Of a DNA stretch of 64,000 nt, positions 26,364 to 41,105 are shown piece by piece. Source of the stretch: an uncultured virus (IMG/VR IMGVR_UViG_3300031857_000106) (lineage: Duplodnaviria > Heunggongvirae > Uroviricota > Caudoviricetes); the IMG/VR virus record IMGVR_UViG_3300031857_000106, positions 1 through 64,000 of that record; one strand, 5' to 3'. The notes under the pieces were generated by a model. It saw nothing but the letters and a program-made list of their open reading frames with translations. It had not been told where the DNA came from and made no database searches. Within the stretch, counting starts at the first letter, position 1. Each line of letters opens with the position of its first letter. Both the position numbers and the translations under genes were made by a program.

Positions 26364-29300
26364 TTGGCCGGATATCGCATTACCAACACCTCAGGCATCG
26401 CTCTCAATACAGATAACGAGGGCATCAGCATTCCCACCACGAACAATGTGGCCGGGCTGAGGACGACCGGAGTACCAACCGGTTCAATCATCTTCAACAC
26501 TGCTGATAGCCAGTTCTACGGTTTCAACGGAACGAGCTGGGTGAGGACGAGCACCTCTGGGACCTCGGGTTCTGCAGGGACTGCAGGTTCGAGCGGAACA
26601 AGCGGAACCTCAGGTTCTAGCGGAACTGCTGGGACTTCGGGTTCTAGCGGAACTGCCGGAACTTCGGGCATTGAGGGCCCACAAGGCATCCAGGGTCCAC
26701 AGGGACCTCAAGGGCCTATCGGACCACAAGGAATCCAAGGACCTATTGGTCCACAGGGATTCCAAGGACCAGGAGGCACGAGTGGATCAAGCGGAACTGC
26801 TGGGACTTCGGGTTCGAGCGGAACTGCTGGGACGAGCGGTACTAGTGGAATACAAGGACCTCAGGGTCAGACTGGACCGCAGGGTCAGACTGGACCTCAG
26901 GGAAATACTGGACCTCAAGGCAACCAAGGTCCCATCGGACCGCAAGGCGTACAAGGACCGGGCGGAACAAGCGGTACTAGCGGAAATAGCGGAACTTCAG
27001 GAACCAGCGGTGGACAGGGTCCACAAGGTCCACAGGGACCAATCGGGCCTCAAGGCTTACAGGGACCACAAGGTGCCCAAGGACCTATTGGACCACAGGG
27101 AAATCAAGGACCAGGAGGAAGCAGTGGAACCAGCGGCGGACAGGGGCCTGGTGGATCTTCAGGAACAAGCGGAACAAGCGGAGCTCAAGGTCCACAAGGA
27201 GCCCAAGGGCCGATAGGACCGGGCACTGTCAGTGGAACTACTAATTACGTTTCTAAATTTACTAATAGCACTTCTTTAGGAAATTCCATCATATACGATG
27301 ACGGCAGCAGTGTAGGCATCAATGTGATTCCTACAGCACCTTTACATCTCTACAAGGCTTCGAACGCCTTTATGCAGATACAGTCAGCAGGTGGTAGTTA
27401 TTCCTATTTAGAACTCGCTACACCATCAAGCGGAAGCGGCTACATCATCAAAAATCTAACCACAGGAAACAGTGCTCTGAATAAGAGTTTATATCTGTGG
27501 AATGCCGATGGAGCAGTTCAATTCGTCCCTAGCGGTGTAATAGGAAATGCAACCACGGTCGATACAAGCGGCAACTTGGGAGTAAAAGTGATTCCAAGCG
27601 CATGGAGCCAGTTCTCCGTTTTGCAGCTAGGAGGAAGCACTTATGCTGGTGTTGCATCAAGTAACACTTACATCAACCTATCAACCAACGTATACTATGA
27701 TGGCAGTAATTTCAAGTACATAACAAACGGCGTATCTACACGGTATCAACAATCGAGCGGAGAACACTATTGGTATACCGCGCCATCGGGAACTGCAGGC
27801 GCAACGGCGTCTCATGTTCAGTTTATGGTGTTAGATGATAGCGGTAATCTAGGCCTAGGCTCTGGCACAAACCCTGCAAACTGGGCAAGCGGAACAGAGA
27901 GCGTTTTACAGATAAAGAACGGTGCAGTTTACGGATATCAAAATTATGAAGTTGGCCTAACAGCAAACACATACTATAATGCTGGGTGGAAATACATCGA
28001 AACACAAACTGCTGCAATGATTTATATTGCAGGCAGCATGGATTTCAGAGTAGCAGCAGCGGGCACTGCGGGGACGGCGATCACCTGGACATCACCATTG
28101 GGCATAGCTATTACAGGGGAAGTTTCATTTACAGCTATTTCAAGATCTTGGTCTTATTCAGCACCTTCTACAACCTACAAAAATATAGATTGGGGAGGTG
28201 GTGGAGCACTATTCAGAGATTCTTATGATTCTTACCTAACGTCAAACACATATTATAGCACAGCAGGATGGAAAGCTAAATATACACATAGTGGTGGTAT
28301 TGGTACGTGGAGAATGTTAGGAGGTGATGTTGCTTGGCATACGTATGATGGTTCTGTAACAGCAGGAACTGTGTATAGTATGACTGATAAGTTTTTTATA
28401 TCTAAATCAGGTAACGTAGGAATAGGAGAGGCTGTTGATACGTTTCCTAACGGAGATTCACTGCTCATTAAAAATAGCGGTGTTTGGAATGTCACCATCG
28501 GTTTGCAAAATACAGGAACGGGCGGCAGAAAGTGGAACATATTCAGTACAAACGACACATTTAGCCAAGGCGGCGGAAAGCTGCTGTTCTATCACGCTAC
28601 ATCTAGTAGCAATCCAATGTTGATTGATGGTTCAGATAGAGTTTGCATAAATACCATTACTGCGAGCAGCACCTATGGAACATTGACGGTAGCCGGTGTA
28701 GGTATAACGATAGCTAATGACGGTAATGCCAAACTGCAAATAGGCAGATATTCATCAGGCGTGCCTAACTCTTATATTAAATTAGGAACAAGTTCCAATA
28801 GTCTTCGCATCACAAACAATAATGACACTGCTGATGTATTTACGATAGAAAATGGAGGTAACGTTGGAATTGGTACTACTTCGCCTGCATGTAGACTGCA
28901 TATAGAAAGTGCATCGGCGTCTTATGGACAATTTAGAATTACAAGCACGAGCAACAATACAGGAGAAGCTAGCATAAATTTCGGTAGAACAGACCAGGCC
29001 ATAGATAGTAGATGGACTGTTGGCCAAGGCGTAGCTAGCATAGGAGACAGTTTTGGATTTTATACAGGCGGTAGCCCCAAAGTAGTTATCAACACTAGCG
29101 GTGATGTTGGAATTGGTGCCACTCTACCTGGATCTAAACTAGACGTTAGAGCAGGATCAAACTATCCACTAATTTTAGATTCTACTCAACAATATCTGTT
29201 AGGTTTATATAGAGACGGAACGGCAGAATGGTGGTTAGCTGTTAGTGGAGGCGATTTGAAAATTCATGAAAATGGAGTAGGAGATCAAATCATTTTTAAA

Positions 29301-30710
29301 GCTGGAGGCAATGTAGGGATTGGGGTATCTCCAAACACTAAATTAGACGTAAATGGAACGGGATTATTCAGAGGTAGAGTAACACTGGGAGCAGGCATTA
29401 CTACTGGTCAAACTTACGGTCAACTGAATGTTTGGGATACAGCATCAGGGAGCGGGTCAAGCCGTATGGCTGATTTTACCAATGGCACAGATGCTAACAT
29501 GAACTTTTATGTTAGTCAAATTGGTGCCACTACTAAATACGCTGAGATTGCAAGCTATTCTACGCTTCCTTTAGTATTGAACAAAACATCAGGCGGTAAT
29601 GTTGGAATTAACATTTATGACCCTGCACATAAATTAACCGTTCAGAATGGAGATATTGCAATAGGTAATGGTAACCAAACATCAGGTGACTTCTCTCAAG
29701 CTCAGGCTTTACATTTTCTGAACGAAACGACAACTCCTTTAGCTACCATCAAAGCCGTACGTGTCAATTGGGCTCAAGGACAAACAGATTTAACGTTCTC
29801 AACTTACAACTCAGGAATGAGTGAAAAGGTGAGAATTGCATATAACGGAGCTGTCGGTATTGGAACAACAAATTTAACAGGCTTAACGGGTAGTTGTCTA
29901 TACATTAGAGCAACCTCATCCAACGTAGGTCAATCAGCAATTTCCATTCAAGATTACTTAGCTAGAAATCGCTGGGTGATTAACGGCCAAGACGGCGCAG
30001 ACAATTTTTCTTTAAACATTTACTCTGCACCGAGTGCAAGCAATGACTTTACTCGAAGATTAAGAATCGGCCAAGACGGCGTATTCTCATTCGGCGGCAC
30101 AGACACAACTTACAGATACAATTTTGAAGCAGGCTCGGTCTACATTCCAGGTGGTCAGGGTGGCAACGTAAGCACAGCTTACACTTCTTGGAACCAGCTC
30201 GTATTCGGTGATCAATACTCTGACGTAGCACGTGGCCCTAACAAAATAGTCACTTATGGTAGAGGCGGCGGTTGGGTCGCAGGTATCGGAATACATAACG
30301 ACACTCAAGCTTATTACGCCGGAGGCACTCACAAATTCTACAAGTTCGATGGTACTACAGCTACTCTCAATCTGAGCCTCGACGGCAGCGGAAACTTAGT
30401 AGCCACGGGAGACGTTACAGCCTACTCAGACATCAGGCTCAAGGAGAACATCGACACTATAAGCTCGGCCTTGGAGAAGACTCTCCGTCTCAGAGGAGTC
30501 TACTACAATAAAATAGGAGAGGAAAAAAGAAGTCTCGGAGTCATTGCTCAAGAAGTCGAGGAAGTCATTCCTGAAGTCGTCTCTGAGCTCGAAGGATATA
30601 AGGGTGTCTCTTATGGAAACATGGTCGGTCTCCTCATCGAGGCCGTAAAAGAGCTGAACAAGAAAATTGAAGCACAAGACGAATTGATCAAATCTCTCTT
30701 AGATAGATAA
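26364..30710 (+). CDS. Collagen-like fibre protein 1 with C-terminal peptidase S74 chaperone
   Basis: TTG start; [12 protein letters not shown]-domain; GTS/GPQ triplets; GNVGIG repeats; [10 protein letters not shown]...GVIAQEVE...LIEAVKEL. Confidence 0.9.
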   Translation: MAGYRITNTSGIALNTDNEGISIPTTNNVAGLRTTGVPTGSIIFNTADSQFYGFNGTSWVRTSTSGTSGSAGTAGSSGTSGTSGSSGTAGTSGSSGTAGTSGIEGPQGIQGPQGPQGPIGPQGIQGPIGPQGFQGPGGTSGSSGTAGTSGSSGTAGTSGTSGIQGPQGQTGPQGQTGPQGNTGPQGNQGPIGPQGVQGPGGTSGTSGNSGTSGTSGGQGPQGPQGPIGPQGLQGPQGAQGPIGPQGNQGPGGSSGTSGGQGPGGSSGTSGTSGAQGPQGAQGPIGPGTVSGTTNYVSKFTNSTSLGNSIIYDDGSSVGINVIPTAPLHLYKASNAFMQIQSAGGSYSYLELATPSSGSGYIIKNLTTGNSALNKSLYLWNADGAVQFVPSGVIGNATTVDTSGNLGVKVIPSAWSQFSVLQLGGSTYAGVASSNTYINLSTNVYYDGSNFKYITNGVSTRYQQSSGEHYWYTAPSGTAGATASHVQFMVLDDSGNLGLGSGTNPANWASGTESVLQIKNGAVYGYQNYEVGLTANTYYNAGWKYIETQTAAMIYIAGSMDFRVAAAGTAGTAITWTSPLGIAITGEVSFTAISRSWSYSAPSTTYKNIDWGGGGALFRDSYDSYLTSNTYYSTAGWKAKYTHSGGIGTWRMLGGDVAWHTYDGSVTAGTVYSMTDKFFISKSGNVGIGEAVDTFPNGDSLLIKNSGVWNVTIGLQNTGTGGRKWNIFSTNDTFSQGGGKLLFYHATSSSNPMLIDGSDRVCINTITASSTYGTLTVAGVGITIANDGNAKLQIGRYSSGVPNSYIKLGTSSNSLRITNNNDTADVFTIENGGNVGIGTTSPACRLHIESASASYGQFRITSTSNNTGEASINFGRTDQAIDSRWTVGQGVASIGDSFGFYTGGSPKVVINTSGDVGIGATLPGSKLDVRAGSNYPLILDSTQQYLLGLYRDGTAEWWLAVSGGDLKIHENGVGDQIIFKAGGNVGIGVSPNTKLDVNGTGLFRGRVTLGAGITTGQTYGQLNVWDTASGSGSSRMADFTNGTDANMNFYVSQIGATTKYAEIASYSTLPLVLNKTSGGNVGINIYDPAHKLTVQNGDIAIGNGNQTSGDFSQAQALHFLNETTTPLATIKAVRVNWAQGQTDLTFSTYNSGMSEKVRIAYNGAVGIGTTNLTGLTGSCLYIRATSSNVGQSAISIQDYLARNRWVINGQDGADNFSLNIYSAPSASNDFTRRLRIGQDGVFSFGGTDTTYRYNFEAGSVYIPGGQGGNVSTAYTSWNQLVFGDQYSDVARGPNKIVTYGRGGGWVAGIGIHNDTQAYYAGGTHKFYKFDGTTATLNLSLDGSGNLVATGDVTAYSDIRLKENIDTISSALEKTLRLRGVYYNKIGEEKRSLGVIAQEVEEVIPEVVSELEGYKGVSYGNMVGLLIEAVKELNKKIEAQDELIKSLLDR

Positions 30711-30712
30711 GC

Positions 30713-30784
30713 CAAAGCAAATCTAGTTTTGGCCGGATACCGCATATCGAACACATCGGGCATTGCCCTTTCCACTGACAACGA
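30713..30784 (+). repeat. 72-nt exact direct repeat, copy 1 (copy 2 at 45347-45418)
   Basis: CAAAGCAAATCTAGTTTTGGCCGGATACCGCATATCGAACACATCGGGCATTGCCCTTTCCACTGACAACGA at both sites. Confidence 0.9.
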
Positions 30785-33700
30785 GGGGATCTCAATTCCT
30801 ACCACGAACAACGTGGCTGGACTCAGAGCCTCGGGTGTCCCTACAGGATCGCTGATCTTCAGCACCACAGATAACCAACTCTACTCTTTCAACGGAACGA
30901 GCTGGGTCAGAGCCTCTACCTCTGGATCCAGCGGAACTGCAGGAACTTCAGGTTCTTCAGGAACCGCAGGAACATCGGGTTCTAGCGGAACTGCTGGAAC
31001 ATCAGGTTCTAGTGGAACCTCTGGTCTACAGGGTCCAGCCGGGCCGCAGGGAGCTCAGGGACCGCAAGGCGCGACTGGGCCTCAAGGTGCTCAAGGTCCG
31101 CAAGGGATCCAAGGTCCACAAGGAGTCCAAGGTCCGAGCGGTAGCAGTGGAACCAGTGGTACATCAGGTTCTAGCGGAACTGCAGGAACTTCAGGTTCTA
31201 GCGGAACTGCAGGAACGAGTGGAACTAGCGGCTCTTCGGGCACAGCCGGAACTAGCGGTTCTGCTGGAACTGCGGGTACTAGTGGAACTCCGGGAACGAG
31301 CGGAACGAGCGGAGGACAGGGAGGTCTAGGACCTCAAGGTCCACAGGGACCTATCGGACCGGGCGGACCTCAGGGAAATACTGGACCTCAGGGACCACAA
31401 GGGCCACAGGGAAATGCCGGATCGAGCGGTACGAGCGGTACCACCGGAACTTCAGGAACTAGCGGTGGTCAGGGCCCTCAAGGCAACCAGGGTCCTCAAG
31501 GAGCTCAAGGTCCACAGGGTAACACCGGTCCACAGGGTCCACAGGGACCACAAGGGCCGGGTGGCGGGCAAGGACCTGGCGGTTCTTCAGGAACAAGTGG
31601 AACTTCAGCAGCTTCGGCTATCACTAACAACACAAACAACTATGTTGTTACTGCAACAGGAGATGGAACTACTCCTTTTAACGGTGAGGCTAATCTACAA
31701 TTCAATGGATCAATTTTAACAGTAGAAGGTAATCTCCAGCAAAAGGGCAAGATCTACTACACTTACGATTGGTTACAAGAAAAGGATTTTGGATATGGGG
31801 GTGGCTATAAAACTTTAGCTATTGGGAGTTTATCTTCTTCTAATGTGTTTAGTTTAGCCTTCGGGGTAGACGTGAGCGGTAACCCTAGCGGATCTTTTTC
31901 AGGTTACGGCAGCGAATACTTTTGGAGAAGCGCAGGTTCTTTCAAAACTCCGAATTCATCTAATAACGGTTACAATCAGCTATTTGAATGGAATAGCAGC
32001 GGAGGAATGACTTTTAATCAAGCCGCTGAATTTATAGGAACGGTAACAGTCGGTTCTCCTTTGTCTGTAAAAAGTACAACTCCTTACATTCAATGGATAA
32101 ATGCTTCTTCGACGAGATTAGCGTACATCCAACATAACGCCACAAACTTAGTTTACAATGCAGATACCGGAGTTCACGTATTTAATCAAAATGTAGATAT
32201 TAATGGTTCAACACTAACACTTACGCCTGCTGCATATAGTGGTAATTATAAATCATTATTTGCCACTATGAGCAGTGCTCAAGGTGTGTTACAATTAGGT
32301 AACAACGGAGCAAACTACATCGTTGCGGGCAACAGCTTTGCAGGTGGGCAAATGCTTTTTTATGTTAATGCCACTTCAAGTTTTCTAAGTTCTGTAAATG
32401 GAACATTGGCTCTAACACTCTCCTCTAACGCAGCGGCTACCTTTAGTTCAGCTCTTACTGTTATTAGCACGGGTAATTTTGGTGGAGGTACTTTAAACGG
32501 AGCAGCTTTTATAATTAAAGGAGCAAATAGCACACCTGCTACAAGCGGCACTACGACAGGTGCTGTATTAAGACTTTCAAGCGGAACAGGACTTTATAAT
32601 GTTCTTGATTTTGGAACAAATGAAGCATTAGATTATTCTTGGATTCAATCAACAAGAGCAAATAGTTTAGGTACTTACGACTACCTAGCAATACAGCCTA
32701 ACGGTGGTAATTTACTTGTAGGTACAACTGCTAATTCAACATTTAAACTTGATGTAAATGGCACGGCTAGGGTGAGTGGTGTGGCTACGTTTAGTAGCAG
32801 AGTAAATGTAAATGGGGCATCAGATGATGCGGATATTGCACTGCAAACAGTTGCGCCAAGTGGGGCAGGCAAATATATTTATGTTGGTAGAGATTCTTCA
32901 GCTCAATGGAGATTCTCTGTTGCTTCAAGTGGAGATACTCAAATAGGAGCACCTCAATCAGGAGCAACATATAAACTACTTACATTAAGTAGTAGTGGGA
33001 ATAACTTAGATACAGGAACAGTACTCAGACTTATTGGTAACTCTGCCCTTGATTTGGTTGACATTTCTGTAAATGATACAACTACAAGAATTTACCATCA
33101 GGAAAATGCAGCAGACGCAGCAAACGGGTATGGCAAAATTCAGTTCAGAACCAACGCAACTGCAAATGGAAGTTCCCCGACAAGAGGAGGCTTTCAATTT
33201 ACTATCGGTTCAACAGATGCTTTATTCATTAATTCAATAGGTCAGGCCACATTTACTACAACGTCAGGGAGTGGCATAACAATTACCACGAACGATGTCA
33301 CTACTTTAAAAATGACTAGTTCAGCCGGTACTACTAAGAATTGGGGATTTGCTACAACGAATTTAGCTGCTAGTGATTTTGGAATTTATCAATCTAATGC
33401 AGCAGGAGGAGATCCTATAAGCGCAGGAGCTGCTAAGTTGTATTTTAACGGAAACGGTGCAGCTACATTTAGCTCATCAATTACCGTCGGTGTAATACCT
33501 GCATTGAACCCCTCAGGGTTTGGATATGACCCCAATGGATATAAAACACTAATTCTTGGGCCAACAAATCCAACAGGTTATCAGACTCTCTGTATAGGCG
33601 TTGATGTAAGTGGCATCGCAAGCGGAGCTTTCAGCGGAGCCGGCGGAGAGATCGTCTGGAAGAATGTCTGTACCTGGATCACTCCAAACGCCGCAAATAC

Positions 33701-35555
33701 TTCGTATAATACTCTTCTCAGTTGGAATAGCAGCGGTCAGTTTACTTTTAATCAAATATCATATTTTAGCGGAGGGTTAACTTCTCTCGGTTCGTTTGCA
33801 ATAGGAGATTATACTCAAGGTACAAATACATTAACGTTCGCAGCATCTGCTAACGGTATCGCTAAGATAAACTTCTATGATTCTAATAACACTGAAGGGC
33901 TATATCTAAGAACAGATGGTGAGCAGTACGGAGGTACAATGACTCTTGGTGCAAGATGGGATGATGATGAGGCAAAGATTGTTTTCAAGATGTACCAAGT
34001 GTCAGCAGGTGCATCTTATAATGCAAGAGTTGGTATTGGTACAGGAGCAATTAATCCTCTTTCAATGCTTCACGTTTGTGAAACAGATGGAGGTAATTAT
34101 TTAGGTTCGTTAAGAGTTGGTGGGGCGTCAGGCTTTGGTATAGTTATGGACTATACACAATCAGCTGCTACTACAGGAACGATGTATGTTTCTCCGGGTT
34201 ATACATCAAATGACACTTTATTTAAGTTGGGTGCTGCAAGTGGTAATACTAATCAGTTAGTATTAAGAGGAAATGGTAGAATTGGTATAGGAACAGATGC
34301 ACCAAGTAGCAAACTACAAGTAGGATTAGATGAAACCGCTTTTATTTCTATAGCTAACGGGGGTTCTGCTAACGTAACAAGTGGGATTAATTGGCTCTAT
34401 GGAAGCGGACAAACTAATGGGGGTGGTATAGAAATGGGGGCTCCTTCAGCTGATAACTTTTATATGATTTTCAAAACAAGAAATTCAGGAAGTACTGCTG
34501 AGCGAATGAGATTAACGAATGATGGAAATTTAGCAATTGGAGTAACCTCAGCCCCGGGCAGATTGACTGTTGATTATACATCTTACTCGTCAGCACAAAC
34601 GCCATTGTATGTTGGTAATACAGGATTTACTGCTTGGAATAGACAATCTTACGATACGTTTGTTTTACAACAAGATGATGTTACATCATTTAGAATGGTT
34701 GAGAAGAATGGTGAAGCAACAACCAATGACCAAGTATTGACATTAAGCATTGGTGATGGTTTAGGCGTCATTGCAACATCGGCACAACCATTAGGATTCT
34801 ATGTAAACGGAAGTCCATCAGGCTTAGCTTATCAAGGTTTATCAGGAACGCAGGTCTTGAGATTAAATACAACCGGCAATGCTCAGTTTTATGGAGCATT
34901 AGACGTTGCAAGTACTATTAGTACAAGCGGTTCTATCGTTTCAACAGTAGGCGGAACTTCTGAACTTAGATTAAGAGGAGGCGGATATGGTGGAAGTTAT
35001 AACACTTCACTTAGGTCTTTGGCAGGTGCGATAGGAGTTTTGCAATTTGGTAATAACGGAGGTAACTACATTTTAGCAGGTAACACAAATACGGGCGGTC
35101 TTTTAGAATTTAGAGTAAACTGTAATTCTGAAAGTATTACATCAGGTTCAAAGGTGTTAACTCTAAACGCCAATGCAACTGCTAATTTTGAAAGTACGCT
35201 AACAGCCGGTGGTGACATCGTAGCATACTCAGATAGAAGATTAAAGACCAACGTTCAACCAATCAAAAACGCTTTAGATAAGACCCTATCTCTTCAAGGT
35301 ATCACTTACAATAGAACCGATGCAGATGCTGACAAATCGACAAAAATAGGTTTTATTGCTCAAGACGTTCTCGATGTTTTACCTGAAGTAGTCACTCATG
35401 ATCTCAATTCTGATATTTACGGAGTCTCTTACGGCAATGTCACAGCTCTTCTCGTAGAAGCGATCAAGGAGCTCTCAGCACAGAACAAAAAACTTGAAGA
35501 AAAGAACAGAGAATTTGAAACTATTCTCAATTCTTTGATAAATAGACAAAAATAA
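30729..35555 (+). CDS. Collagen-like fibre protein 2 with peptidase S74 chaperone
   Basis: Same architecture; [10 protein letters not shown]...GFIAQDV. Confidence 0.9.
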   Translation: MAGYRISNTSGIALSTDNEGISIPTTNNVAGLRASGVPTGSLIFSTTDNQLYSFNGTSWVRASTSGSSGTAGTSGSSGTAGTSGSSGTAGTSGSSGTSGLQGPAGPQGAQGPQGATGPQGAQGPQGIQGPQGVQGPSGSSGTSGTSGSSGTAGTSGSSGTAGTSGTSGSSGTAGTSGSAGTAGTSGTPGTSGTSGGQGGLGPQGPQGPIGPGGPQGNTGPQGPQGPQGNAGSSGTSGTTGTSGTSGGQGPQGNQGPQGAQGPQGNTGPQGPQGPQGPGGGQGPGGSSGTSGTSAASAITNNTNNYVVTATGDGTTPFNGEANLQFNGSILTVEGNLQQKGKIYYTYDWLQEKDFGYGGGYKTLAIGSLSSSNVFSLAFGVDVSGNPSGSFSGYGSEYFWRSAGSFKTPNSSNNGYNQLFEWNSSGGMTFNQAAEFIGTVTVGSPLSVKSTTPYIQWINASSTRLAYIQHNATNLVYNADTGVHVFNQNVDINGSTLTLTPAAYSGNYKSLFATMSSAQGVLQLGNNGANYIVAGNSFAGGQMLFYVNATSSFLSSVNGTLALTLSSNAAATFSSALTVISTGNFGGGTLNGAAFIIKGANSTPATSGTTTGAVLRLSSGTGLYNVLDFGTNEALDYSWIQSTRANSLGTYDYLAIQPNGGNLLVGTTANSTFKLDVNGTARVSGVATFSSRVNVNGASDDADIALQTVAPSGAGKYIYVGRDSSAQWRFSVASSGDTQIGAPQSGATYKLLTLSSSGNNLDTGTVLRLIGNSALDLVDISVNDTTTRIYHQENAADAANGYGKIQFRTNATANGSSPTRGGFQFTIGSTDALFINSIGQATFTTTSGSGITITTNDVTTLKMTSSAGTTKNWGFATTNLAASDFGIYQSNAAGGDPISAGAAKLYFNGNGAATFSSSITVGVIPALNPSGFGYDPNGYKTLILGPTNPTGYQTLCIGVDVSGIASGAFSGAGGEIVWKNVCTWITPNAANTSYNTLLSWNSSGQFTFNQISYFSGGLTSLGSFAIGDYTQGTNTLTFAASANGIAKINFYDSNNTEGLYLRTDGEQYGGTMTLGARWDDDEAKIVFKMYQVSAGASYNARVGIGTGAINPLSMLHVCETDGGNYLGSLRVGGASGFGIVMDYTQSAATTGTMYVSPGYTSNDTLFKLGAASGNTNQLVLRGNGRIGIGTDAPSSKLQVGLDETAFISIANGGSANVTSGINWLYGSGQTNGGGIEMGAPSADNFYMIFKTRNSGSTAERMRLTNDGNLAIGVTSAPGRLTVDYTSYSSAQTPLYVGNTGFTAWNRQSYDTFVLQQDDVTSFRMVEKNGEATTNDQVLTLSIGDGLGVIATSAQPLGFYVNGSPSGLAYQGLSGTQVLRLNTTGNAQFYGALDVASTISTSGSIVSTVGGTSELRLRGGGYGGSYNTSLRSLAGAIGVLQFGNNGGNYILAGNTNTGGLLEFRVNCNSESITSGSKVLTLNANATANFESTLTAGGDIVAYSDRRLKTNVQPIKNALDKTLSLQGITYNRTDADADKSTKIGFIAQDVLDVLPEVVTHDLNSDIYGVSYGNVTALLVEAIKELSAQNKKLEEKNREFETILNSLINRQK

Positions 35556-35564
35556 AGCAGTAAC

Positions 35565-35909
35565 ATGCCAGCAATGACACAAGGAAACAACATGAAAGTA
35601 ATCCAGCCAATTTTGGCTTGGTACAACGGAACTGAAACAGAAGGCACAGTCCTTTCTTTACAGTGCAACAGCGACAACCTCTTCAACCAGGCGAGCTTCA
35701 ACTACAGCATCTTCTCTACTTCTGAGCCTACGACCGGCCAAGAGTACGGTTATCTCCAAGCGACTCTAGTCCAAGGTTACCTCACAATGACCGGCGCAGA
35801 GTACGAAGCTTGGCAGACTAACGACTACGCTTTTGAATGGGCAGCTGGAAAATTGAACCTCACTATTGTAGGTCCTTACGTTCCACCTTCTCCTAATCCA
35901 ATGATCTAA
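35565..35909 (+). CDS. Small fibre-associated hypothetical protein
   Basis: Sits inside the fibre array; GATAAATA at 35537. Confidence 0.65.
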   Translation: MPAMTQGNNMKVIQPILAWYNGTETEGTVLSLQCNSDNLFNQASFNYSIFSTSEPTTGQEYGYLQATLVQGYLTMTGAEYEAWQTNDYAFEWAAGKLNLTIVGPYVPPSPNPMI

Positions 35910-35942
35910 GCTTAGATAGATAGCCAAAGAAAAAGATAAACT

Positions 35943-38900
35943 TTGGCCGGCTATAAGATTACGAACACCTCGGGAATCGGCCTCAACACCGACAACGAGG
36001 GAGTTTCAATTCCAACAACATCCAATCCTGCTAACTTGAGGACGACTGGAGTTCCTACGGGCTCCATCGTCTTCAACACAGCAAATAACCAGTTCTACGG
36101 CTTCAACGGTACGAGTTGGGTCATAGCTTCTACTTCGGGGACCTCCGGTTCGACCGGCACTTCAGGAACCTCGGGAACTTCCAGCACTTCAGGCACAAGC
36201 GGTTCTACAGGAACGAGCGGAACTTCGGGTTCGAGTGGTACTTCAGGGACCAGCGGAACGAGCGGCTCTTCTGGGACGAGTGGGACTTCTGGGTCTAGTG
36301 GGACTAGTGGAACCTCGGGTTCTAGCGGAACTTCAGGAACGAGCGGAACCGCGGGAACGAGCGGAACCACTGGGACGAGTGGATCTAGCGGAACTGCAGG
36401 GACGAGCGGAACTACAGGAACGAGCGGAACGAGTGGACCACAGGGCCCTCAAGGACCAATCGGACCACAAGGTGCAATCGGACCACAAGGCGCGACTGGG
36501 CCTCAAGGACCTCTGGGACCACAGGGACCGCAGGGACCGCAGGGAGTACAAGGACCTAGCGGAACGAGCGGAACTTCAGGCGCTCAAGGGCCTGGAGGAT
36601 CATCGGGAACTAGTGGAACTGCGGGAACCAGCGGAACCAGCCCCGCCAGCCAGGTCACAGGTTCTGGAACAGAAGGTCAAATTGCATATTGGTCTTCATC
36701 ATCAGCTATCACAGGAGAGAGCGGTTTGACATGGAACGCAGCTAGCGATACATTGTCAGTTTTTGGTTGGGTCGATTCTTACAGAAGATTCAGACTGTAT
36801 TTTAACGACATTCAAACTCTCGCCGCTGAGCTCTATGAAGATGGAGCATCAACTAACGGTGGTACTTTAACTCTTTACGGCAAAGCGAGCGGAACCGTCG
36901 ACACCGTTATTTCTGCTGCTCCAACTAAGCTGAACTACATCAACAATGCTGCCAACCTTATGGTCGGTTGGAACACTGATCAAGGCGTTAAATTTGCAGC
37001 TAATGGAAGCGGACTTTTTAGCGGAGATCTACAAGTAGGTAGCTCCAATGTTACGAGCGTTAGCCTTAGAATCACGAGGAATAATGCTACTATCCCTGCA
37101 GATGCTAACTATTTTGTGGCTTCAGCCAACACTCCTAACCATTCTTGGATCGAAGGCGGTTATTTTACAGGAGAATTGGCGGGAGTTATTACCGCACCCA
37201 ATTCAGGCTACCCATATTTTGAAAATTGGGCAGGCCAGGGCAGCGCAACATCTAAATCTTTCGGTTTTGTAAATAAGACGAGCGGTACGTTCATAAGTAC
37301 AGATTTTTTATACACTCTCAGTTTATTGAGGACTGGCCAGGTCAGATTTAATCAATATGGTTCAGGAACCTTCACCGGAACTGTAGCTTATAACCTCGCG
37401 GTCGATTCAAGCGGTAATGTCATTGAAACTGCAGGCGGTGTAGTTGATGGAAGCGGCACAGCTAACAGATTAGCAAAATGGAGTGATTCTAACACTCTAA
37501 CAAACGCAAACGTCACAGACGACGGAAGCACAGTCAGAATAAACACTCTTCCTCTACTCTCTGATTCCAGGTTAGCAGTAGGAACTGCCGGTGGTGATCA
37601 GACTTACGCATCAATCTTCATCGGTGGAGCTATCACTAGCGGAACAAATCAATATGCACTATTATGTGATCCTCAGCTGGCTGGTACTGGAGACAATTAT
37701 GCTCTTTTTGCAAATGCGAGAATTAAAGCAAATACGGCCGTAACTAACGCCTTTGGTGTTTATATCCCTTCAGCTGAAAAGCTATCGGGTGCCACTATAG
37801 CTAACAACTACGCTCTTTACATAGCCAATCAGACTAGTGGTAGCAGCACTAACTATTCGATCTATTCATCAGGTGGCTTGAATTATTTCGGTGGAATTGT
37901 AGGAATAGGAGCAACACCAGTCAGCGGTATTTCTCTCTACATAAAAGGAAATGGTGTAGACAGCCCTCTATTAAAAATGCAGGGCCTTGCGAACACCACT
38001 GCAATGCTCGGAGACACTACTACAGGAACCACTGATGTGGGTAATCTGTGGTTGTATAACGAAGGAACACTACGCATCAGATTAGACTCAGATACAGCAG
38101 GCACATCTTATATTAACGCCGGAAATTTTGTAGTAGGTTCATCATCAGGTAGCGGTTACAAAGTAGAATTTTTCGGAGGTCACGAAGACATTCTAAGAAT
38201 ACACAATACGACAACTACTGGAGATTCTCTCATTGCTTTCACTAATGCAGATGGAACTTTAGGAAGAATACAGGCTGTAGATGGTGGGGGCTTCGTCGTA
38301 GACACACCGGGAATTGATAGAACTAATTTTCTGATCGGCTTAAATTCGACAACGATACCAAATAATGCAGCAGGCCGTGGCAATCTTGTGGTAAACGGCT
38401 CTTCGAGCTCGATAATGCAGATGACTGTAGACGGTATCGAAAAAGGTTATGTGTATCATAACGGAGTCAACATGGAACTCTGGAACACTGCAGATGGAGA
38501 TATTGCTGTAGGTGCTAACAATACGCAAATAGCTGCTTTCAAGGCAGCCACAAGCGGCCAAAGAAATTTTGTGGTAGGCGGTTCCACTGCTCTCTCAGCA
38601 GCTTCAAACAGAGGTAACATAACCATCAACGGAGCTTCTAACTCTATACTCGCATTCGGCGTAAACAATGTGTTAAAAGGCTATCTGTACAATAACGGTA
38701 CCAGCTTCTACATGAACATGGGAGCTGGTGACATGATATTTGAAGGAGATACAGCGACTCCTTTAACTTTGAACCAGAACGGTTTTGTTGGAGTCAGAAC
38801 AACTCCTCTCTATCAATTTTCAGTCAACGGTTCTACTGGTGGAATAGACTTTGAGACGAACAATAACTCGACTTCAGCAACGAGCATACTTTATACTGTA

Positions 38901-41105
38901 AGAGAAACTGGAGTATCGAGAACTATTACGACAGGCGGTTACACGTACGGATCTTCCAATCCGCTGACGATGGTTCTCACTCAAAACTCTAACACTCCGA
39001 TTGGAATGTATTATTCAGCAGACAACGCTGAAGGTGCAGGCTTAAAAGGTTACAAGTCTAGAGGTACTGTCGCAGCTCCGGTTTCGGTGAACAGCGGTGA
39101 TACCATCTTCTCAATGGAAGGTTGGGCTTTTCATGGTGCAGGTCCTAACCAAGCAAAATTCGGTGCAGGCATAAGATTTGTGAAAGATGATACTTTCGGT
39201 ACTGCAAATACTTTTGCTCCACAAAGAACTGAGTTTTACAATGCAGTCAATACAACTACGGTGCAGACCAACGTAGTCATTTTTCCTAACGGAAATACTT
39301 CCATTGGGTCTACCTCATATTTCAGTACGTATAAATTGTATGTGGGTGGCATGATCGCTTCGAGCACCGGATTTTTACTCGACAGCGGACAGTACACCGG
39401 CGTAGCCGGAGTGCCTTATGCAGGTATGTTCATGACAGAATCTGCTTCTTCAGATGGATTCGGAGCTCTTCTTTTAGCAGCGAGAACTGATGCAGCTAGG
39501 CCGATCATCTTTGGAACGTACAACGGATCTGCCATGGGGGAAAGAGCGAGAATCACCGCGACAGGAACCCTCCTGGTTAATGCCACTAACGCAGACATTG
39601 GTGGATCGGTGACTGGGATTGCATTATCTTCAGGTAACAAGGTGCTCGTCTCAGACAACACTACCGGAATTGGATCCTTCCTTTTCTACGGGGACAGAAG
39701 AGGGACTGGTAATACTGGAGCAATTTACATGTTGGCTAGAGGCGGATTCTATAAAGCATCCATCGGAGTTCTAGGCGTAGACTCGACGACTGATGATGGA
39801 GGAATTACTTTTAACACTATAAGCGGTAACTCCACTGCTACAGAAAGGATGAGAGTCACTCCTAGCGGAGTAGGAATTAACACCGGCTACGCTCCAGATA
39901 ATCCTCTCGAAGTTTTCGGTGCAGATAGCGGAATCAAGATAAGCTCGGCCGTAGCAAATAGACCTCAGTTGAGATTTGAATGTGGAACTACCGAGAACAT
40001 GGTCCTCTCAGCCAACTCTTCTTATGGAGCGATCGGAGATTCTTCTTCCGCCGACAGATACATGATCTTCAGAAGTGGTAATGTGGGGATAGGCGCTAGC
40101 GCTTCAAACCCTGCAGTAAAGCTGGATATAGTTGACAGTACTTCAGCAGTGAGAGCTCGAGTAAAAAACATAGATGGTGCAGGCTCAGCGGGGTTAATTC
40201 TTAATCCTGAGGGAGGTGGCGCAGGCTCAACCGGGGATGCTACTGTCTTCTTCGACATGAATAACACTGCATGGGTCGCAGGAGTAGATAAAACTGATAG
40301 CTCCAAATTTAAGATAGCTAATGATGTTTACGGGGATTTTAGAGATTTTAATTACTTAACTATTCAGACTAACGGCTTAATAGGGATAAGCACTACTGCA
40401 CCTGGGGAATATCTCACTATCGGAAGAAATGACGCTAGTGACGGAAACGCATACTCTTTAGCGATACTCAGATCAGGTACATCAGCCGCTCCAGGAACTT
40501 GGAAGTCTACACCGGCTATCAGAATCGAAGACATTTCAGGTGACGGTCCGAGCTCTTTTTCTACAACATCAGGACTACTTCAGATCAATACGGGTAGAAT
40601 CGCAGACGCTGACACTTATGCTAATAACGCTCTGATGATCAACTGCGTCAACGACAACGGCCCGGCTTTTGTAGTCACTGCTAAGAGACGAGTTGGTGTG
40701 GTCCAGAACCAACCTTCTTATGCGTTGGATGTCACCGGTGAAATCAGAGCAACTGGAGACATCATCGCTTACTCTGATATGAGAATGAAGAAAGACGTCC
40801 AGACTCTAGAATCTGCTCTGGACAAAGTCTCTAAGCTCCGAGGTGTCAGCTACCGAATGAAAAATTCCGATAAAGACGATCTCAAAATCGGAGTCATCGC
40901 ACAGGAAGTCCAGCAGGTCATTCCAGAAGTCGTCAGCGAAGACGATAACGGAAATCTTTCAGTGGCTTACGGTAACATGGTCGGACTTCTCATCGAAGCA
41001 GTAAAAGAGCTCTCCACGCAGAATAAGGAACAACAAGGAGAGATAGATAGTCTAAAGAGACAGTTAGCATCTGTCCTCCAAAGAACTATCGATGGCCGGA
41101 TATAG
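35943..41105 (+). CDS. Collagen-like fibre protein 3 with peptidase S74 chaperone
   Basis: Same architecture; [10 protein letters not shown]...GVIAQEV. Confidence 0.9.
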   Translation: MAGYKITNTSGIGLNTDNEGVSIPTTSNPANLRTTGVPTGSIVFNTANNQFYGFNGTSWVIASTSGTSGSTGTSGTSGTSSTSGTSGSTGTSGTSGSSGTSGTSGTSGSSGTSGTSGSSGTSGTSGSSGTSGTSGTAGTSGTTGTSGSSGTAGTSGTTGTSGTSGPQGPQGPIGPQGAIGPQGATGPQGPLGPQGPQGPQGVQGPSGTSGTSGAQGPGGSSGTSGTAGTSGTSPASQVTGSGTEGQIAYWSSSSAITGESGLTWNAASDTLSVFGWVDSYRRFRLYFNDIQTLAAELYEDGASTNGGTLTLYGKASGTVDTVISAAPTKLNYINNAANLMVGWNTDQGVKFAANGSGLFSGDLQVGSSNVTSVSLRITRNNATIPADANYFVASANTPNHSWIEGGYFTGELAGVITAPNSGYPYFENWAGQGSATSKSFGFVNKTSGTFISTDFLYTLSLLRTGQVRFNQYGSGTFTGTVAYNLAVDSSGNVIETAGGVVDGSGTANRLAKWSDSNTLTNANVTDDGSTVRINTLPLLSDSRLAVGTAGGDQTYASIFIGGAITSGTNQYALLCDPQLAGTGDNYALFANARIKANTAVTNAFGVYIPSAEKLSGATIANNYALYIANQTSGSSTNYSIYSSGGLNYFGGIVGIGATPVSGISLYIKGNGVDSPLLKMQGLANTTAMLGDTTTGTTDVGNLWLYNEGTLRIRLDSDTAGTSYINAGNFVVGSSSGSGYKVEFFGGHEDILRIHNTTTTGDSLIAFTNADGTLGRIQAVDGGGFVVDTPGIDRTNFLIGLNSTTIPNNAAGRGNLVVNGSSSSIMQMTVDGIEKGYVYHNGVNMELWNTADGDIAVGANNTQIAAFKAATSGQRNFVVGGSTALSAASNRGNITINGASNSILAFGVNNVLKGYLYNNGTSFYMNMGAGDMIFEGDTATPLTLNQNGFVGVRTTPLYQFSVNGSTGGIDFETNNNSTSATSILYTVRETGVSRTITTGGYTYGSSNPLTMVLTQNSNTPIGMYYSADNAEGAGLKGYKSRGTVAAPVSVNSGDTIFSMEGWAFHGAGPNQAKFGAGIRFVKDDTFGTANTFAPQRTEFYNAVNTTTVQTNVVIFPNGNTSIGSTSYFSTYKLYVGGMIASSTGFLLDSGQYTGVAGVPYAGMFMTESASSDGFGALLLAARTDAARPIIFGTYNGSAMGERARITATGTLLVNATNADIGGSVTGIALSSGNKVLVSDNTTGIGSFLFYGDRRGTGNTGAIYMLARGGFYKASIGVLGVDSTTDDGGITFNTISGNSTATERMRVTPSGVGINTGYAPDNPLEVFGADSGIKISSAVANRPQLRFECGTTENMVLSANSSYGAIGDSSSADRYMIFRSGNVGIGASASNPAVKLDIVDSTSAVRARVKNIDGAGSAGLILNPEGGGAGSTGDATVFFDMNNTAWVAGVDKTDSSKFKIANDVYGDFRDFNYLTIQTNGLIGISTTAPGEYLTIGRNDASDGNAYSLAILRSGTSAAPGTWKSTPAIRIEDISGDGPSSFSTTSGLLQINTGRIADADTYANNALMINCVNDNGPAFVVTAKRRVGVVQNQPSYALDVTGEIRATGDIIAYSDMRMKKDVQTLESALDKVSKLRGVSYRMKNSDKDDLKIGVIAQEVQQVIPEVVSEDDNGNLSVAYGNMVGLLIEAVKELSTQNKEQQGEIDSLKRQLASVLQRTIDGRI

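Noticed and set aside
26550..27220. Repetitive DNA (GGAACTAGC/GGACCACAG units) as a possible CRISPR array or VNTR
   Set aside because: Degenerate 9-nt codon-level periodicity encoding collagen triplets; no constant repeat-spacer structure and no cas genes
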